Assembly: GCA_030141605.1 (NCBI GenBank)
Contig: JAQGDQ010000080.1
Location: 1 to 64,000, forward strand
Reading direction: 5' to 3'
Length of the DNA stretch: 64,000 nucleotides
DNA from: Tubiluchus corallicola
Taxonomy: Eukaryota; Animalia; Priapulida
This document shows, piece by piece, positions 60,001-64,000 of the stretch. The position numbers were made by a program, and so were the translations under genes. The stretch's first letter is position 1. Each line of letters begins with the position of its first letter. The notes under the pieces were generated by a model. That model was not told the origin of the DNA. It saw only the letters and a program-made list of their open reading frames with translations, and ran no database searches.

Positions 60001-63000
60001 TTCGTGAACCTTAACAATATCCCAGATCCTGGCATGTTCATTCCGTCCTGTGGCACAGTTTCACGTCCGCCTGCTGTGTGCTATCCATACGGTATATTTA
60101 CTGGTATTTCATTGGACGAAAACCAGAGTAAGATAAACGATGGCGAAACATCGACCGTGTGTGTTCGATGGCTACAGCTGCTTTTGGAGAAAGATAAAGC
60201 TGATGTCTGATAGAGCCGTGCTACTGCTAGTCCTTCCGTAAATATACCCATAGAAACTTTGACACATTGTAAAAGTCATTTAATGTTGAAAGTAAAGCTG
60301 TTACGTAAATTGAAAATAAAATGTGGCTAACAGGCTTGCAACTCTAAGGGTGCAACTTGCAGGTTGTACATTCTCTTGTGAATGCAAAAGGTATATAGCA
60401 TGTATTTCCTGGCCTTTTTAATTAATCGACTTTGATCTAGTTATTCAACAAATTTCAAGCTGATTTCATATTACATTAGCACTTTCGTTAATTCACGTTC
60501 TGCACACAATAATGATAATGATAGTGTTATTTATTCTTTCAACTGGCCGCCAGTGGTGTGTCTTAATTAATGAGGAACAGGATGTACGCTTTTGTAGAGA
60601 TGAAAATGGTCGCAATAATTGCTCACGGCTTACTCTTGCAGCATCTGTGTGCATTGTAAAAACAGCTGACCTAAAACTTTTGCCCTCGTTGTCCTAAATT
60701 TCGTTCGCAATGGTTGGAATCGCATAGATTGACAACTGTGAATATAGCCGCAGGTTGAACGAATTGATAATGTTAAAGCTATTTGGTTTTGTATTCTCAT
60801 TATCACACGGACTGTATAATATAATGTATTAAACAAAACAGCACCAGTCCGCCTGAAGGCAAGTACAGTCTTAACGTTTTTCAGAGATGTTTTTCTTAGC
60901 TGAGATTTGCCGTGGGATTAGGGTTTGGTTATGCTGTATGTTGTAGCATTTTTGAAACTAGGCATTTAGATGAATGTATGCAAAAGTAGTAAAATTACTA
61001 CTGTATATTGAAATGATTGACTGTATTGACATCGAATCTATAGTGTTGCGTTTCTGTTGTAGATACGAATCGTGCAGTCGTCATACATGTATCAGTATAT
61101 TACAGTTACATTTTAGACTTCAATATTTTGGTGTAGAAGTCTCTAAGAAATCTGCTTTAATCTTGATTTTTACCTTCGATAGTTTCTGAACTTATAACAT
61201 TGTGATTGTAGTTGCAAAGACGTTTAACTAAATGTTATGACCATATGAAGGGATGAGTAGTGCCTAATAATCATTGTGAGTCGTTCTTTGCGTTATCATC
61301 TTTTGTCCGCCCATAATAATGTTGTTTTTGTCGTTACCTTGACGGCATGTCAAAGGTTATCAAGTACTTTATTTCACCCTTTCTATTATTTAGTGTTATG
61401 CATGCCGTTTCTATGTAAAGGAGTTAAAAGCAAAGAAAATCAATGATGAACATTCGCCCCTGAGTTTGTCAAAGAGAATCTCAAATGTTTTTAAGCTTTT
61501 AATTGGCTTACTCTAATGTTCCAAATGCACGCGAAAATAAAATAACGAATTATGTACGTACGGGTTACACATACAAAAATTATATCCTTTTGTTGAGAAA
61601 AATATAAACTTTACTTTTAGAAAGCGCCTTGTAATTTTTTTTTGAAGTAAATATCCTTTTTAATGCTGTTTATAAAAAACGGGAATTTTTGCAGCATGAC
61701 TTTTTTATTAAAAAGCTCTAGAGTATTTTGTAAAGCTCACCCGAAAATGTGCATAAAGTTACAGTTACAAAGTCAAATAATGTGTGCTTCACGGATTTAA
61801 AGAGCTCCTGTCGTGATAACATCATTATGATTATGATTGCCTGTTGTCTTTGGCTGTAAAAGACTGCGTCTTGCATATTACTAATCTGTGAGCATCCAAA
61901 ATTGTAGGCAGTTAAAGTACCATGACAAACTCAGTACTTCGGATTTACTATTTGTAAAAGTTGCGTTAGTGGTTTCTTCTATTTTAATCGGATTTTTTTA
62001 CTGTTTAAAGAGTGTAAACTTGTAAATACAGCTAAGGGTGTTCAAAGTGAGTACTCCTGTAGCTGAAATGCCAGGTATCTGTTTGATTGCCAGCGATTTG
62101 TACTTGCGCTACACAAAATTCGTATTCCGCTGACGAATATATTATCTGATATAACACAATGACTTAAACGCCTGAAGCATGACTAAACTAACAGCGTTAG
62201 CGGCACTGGGAGGTTCCCAATGAGGAGAATGGGAAGCCTTTGTTGCATGTTTCTGTACTGCATGGTACTTTGGACTGCTCAGTGCTTATGCCTTTTCTAA
62301 GGTAATCATTCCTAAGAGCCCTATTCCTCTTGTAGTCAATGTAATACAAACTTATAATCGAACAAATGCAAAAAGATATTCCTTTGCCCAGTAAAAATTA
62401 TATTTTAGACAATGTAATGCCGTATGCTGGTTTTACTTGCCATGTATACGGTTTTTCAAATATTCATTTGCGTTTGCTGCATTACATGTACAAAATTATC
62501 ATGCTGCCGAACTTATCTGTCTGAGTTATTTCTGCAGGTAAGCTTCCTTATCACTATCGGCTACCACTGTGACTGTGCCTAGTAAATGTAAATACATCAG
62601 CTAATATACTAGAAATACGAAAGATGAAAGTTTGCACATAAAATGACATTCAAATTCAATAAATTGTCAACACAACCAGGGACTTTTTGGGATACAGGAC
62701 AACAACCTATTGCTCTGGCATTGCCGTTGCCTTTGTAACCGCCATAAGTGAGTTTACTGGTAATGACAGACTCCTTGTCAATGACATTTATTGGTGAATG
62801 ACATTTTCTGCAGATATCTAATAAGGTTAGAATAAAAAATAATTTTCAAACATTCAGAGCACGTACAGTTTTCAGTGGTGTACAGATACTGTATTTCGAC
62901 GCAGACATTGCAATACAGGATGCCTCGCCCGAAAACATTTGGACACATAGATCATTTGAACACAAGGTACTTCGGACACAGATAGTTTCAGAGCACGTAG

Positions 63001-64000
63001 TTAAACTGAGTTACGCTGTAGCAGTGTGTGTGCGTGCGTGAAAGTGTTGTTACAGACCCAGAAAAGATTTTTTGCATCCTAGCCGGGTGTCTGTTTTCAG
63101 GACACATTACTTTCAAAGCTAAGTGAATGTTTTGAACTTGGCAATAGACATTGTCAGGCTGCTCTACTAGCCTGCATACTTGCGCTGATTAAACGATGTT
63201 CTCAGCTTCACTAAATTCACTCTGACGCGATTATACAGCTCTTAAAACTGCTTCCATCCGTCTAGTACCGTTGATGTTCATTTATTATAAGATGCACGCG
63301 CCACGTAGCGTGTTCTTTTAAATGTGCAGTTCTTGCAAGTACTCGGTTTACAGGATGTCGCTCTTTTGTATCATATTGTTTCTTGCAGCTAAATAAGCAG
63401 CTACAATAATAAGACATTTCACATTTTTAAAGAGATACAAGTTAGTAAATGAAGTGTGACTGTATTTATTTGAAATGCTGTGTAGCTGAGTAATTATTGA
63501 GCGCTTAGTGGTTGGATTCTGCTAAACGGAACTCGTTCATGATGTAACTGATGAACACTTTTTTGAATTTTTCGTCATATTCGAATGTATGGTCCATGTG
63601 TAATTTATGCAATAATTTTTCCGAAGGCGTCAGAAGCAAAAATGTAAAAATAGTAATGGTGGTTTGTCTTATGAGATATGTAGTTTAATTCAGTAGCGTT
63701 CTGAACTGAGCTAATGTCCTACAGAGTACAGACTATAATCTACTTCTTCCTAGCAGAGATGCACAATGTTGTAATGCTGACGTCACAACATGAATGAGAG
63801 GCTATATGGCCGCTGGCTACTGTAATGGTCTGCATCGTTATTGTCTCCAGTGTTATCGTTGCCTAATGTAAGTAGCAAATCTGTAAAAGAAAAAGGAAAG
63901 TTGCACTGTACAACAAATATACTTTGCATGTACAGTATTTGAAAATTGCATGATCTTCAGTACTTGTAATGGACAACTGGACGTGATATTTCTTAACAGA

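Noticed and set aside
60004-60210. 68-aa ORF in a CpG-rich region
   Set aside because: GTG start, no motif and no flanking splice signals that I could support.

Overview
AT-rich, intron-containing eukaryotic DNA, most likely from an invertebrate animal; it is not prokaryotic. The first 29 kb hold one complete plus-strand gene for an ADAM17/TACE-like membrane sheddase. I reconstructed it by hand as 16 GT-AG exons (220..29038) with consistent phases, totalling 2481 nt, or 826 aa plus stop. The protein has a signal peptide, a prodomain with a cysteine switch (FCGYV), a furin site (RSKR), the zinc motif [12 protein letters not shown] with a Met-turn, a disintegrin domain, a membrane-proximal CKRCC domain, a CANDIS-like helix, a TM segment and a Ser/Thr-rich tail. 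The introns and the 35 kb downstream contain decayed non-LTR retrotransposons (CR1/L2-like, RTE-X-like and one R2-clade element outside rDNA), non-autonomous DNA transposons (hAT/Buster, Tc1/mariner-pogo, possibly Academ- and Helentron-like), minisatellites and microsatellites. I could not identify a second protein-coding gene; only weak candidate promoter and UTR exons lie at about 46-47 kb and 59.5 kb. Most ORFs in the supplied track are spurious, TE fragments or exon read-throughs. I found no convincing new biological system. The best leads are the non-rDNA R2-clade copy, a composite hAT element carrying a 146-nt hairpin, several regulatory peculiarities of this ADAM17, and a CpG contrast along the window.
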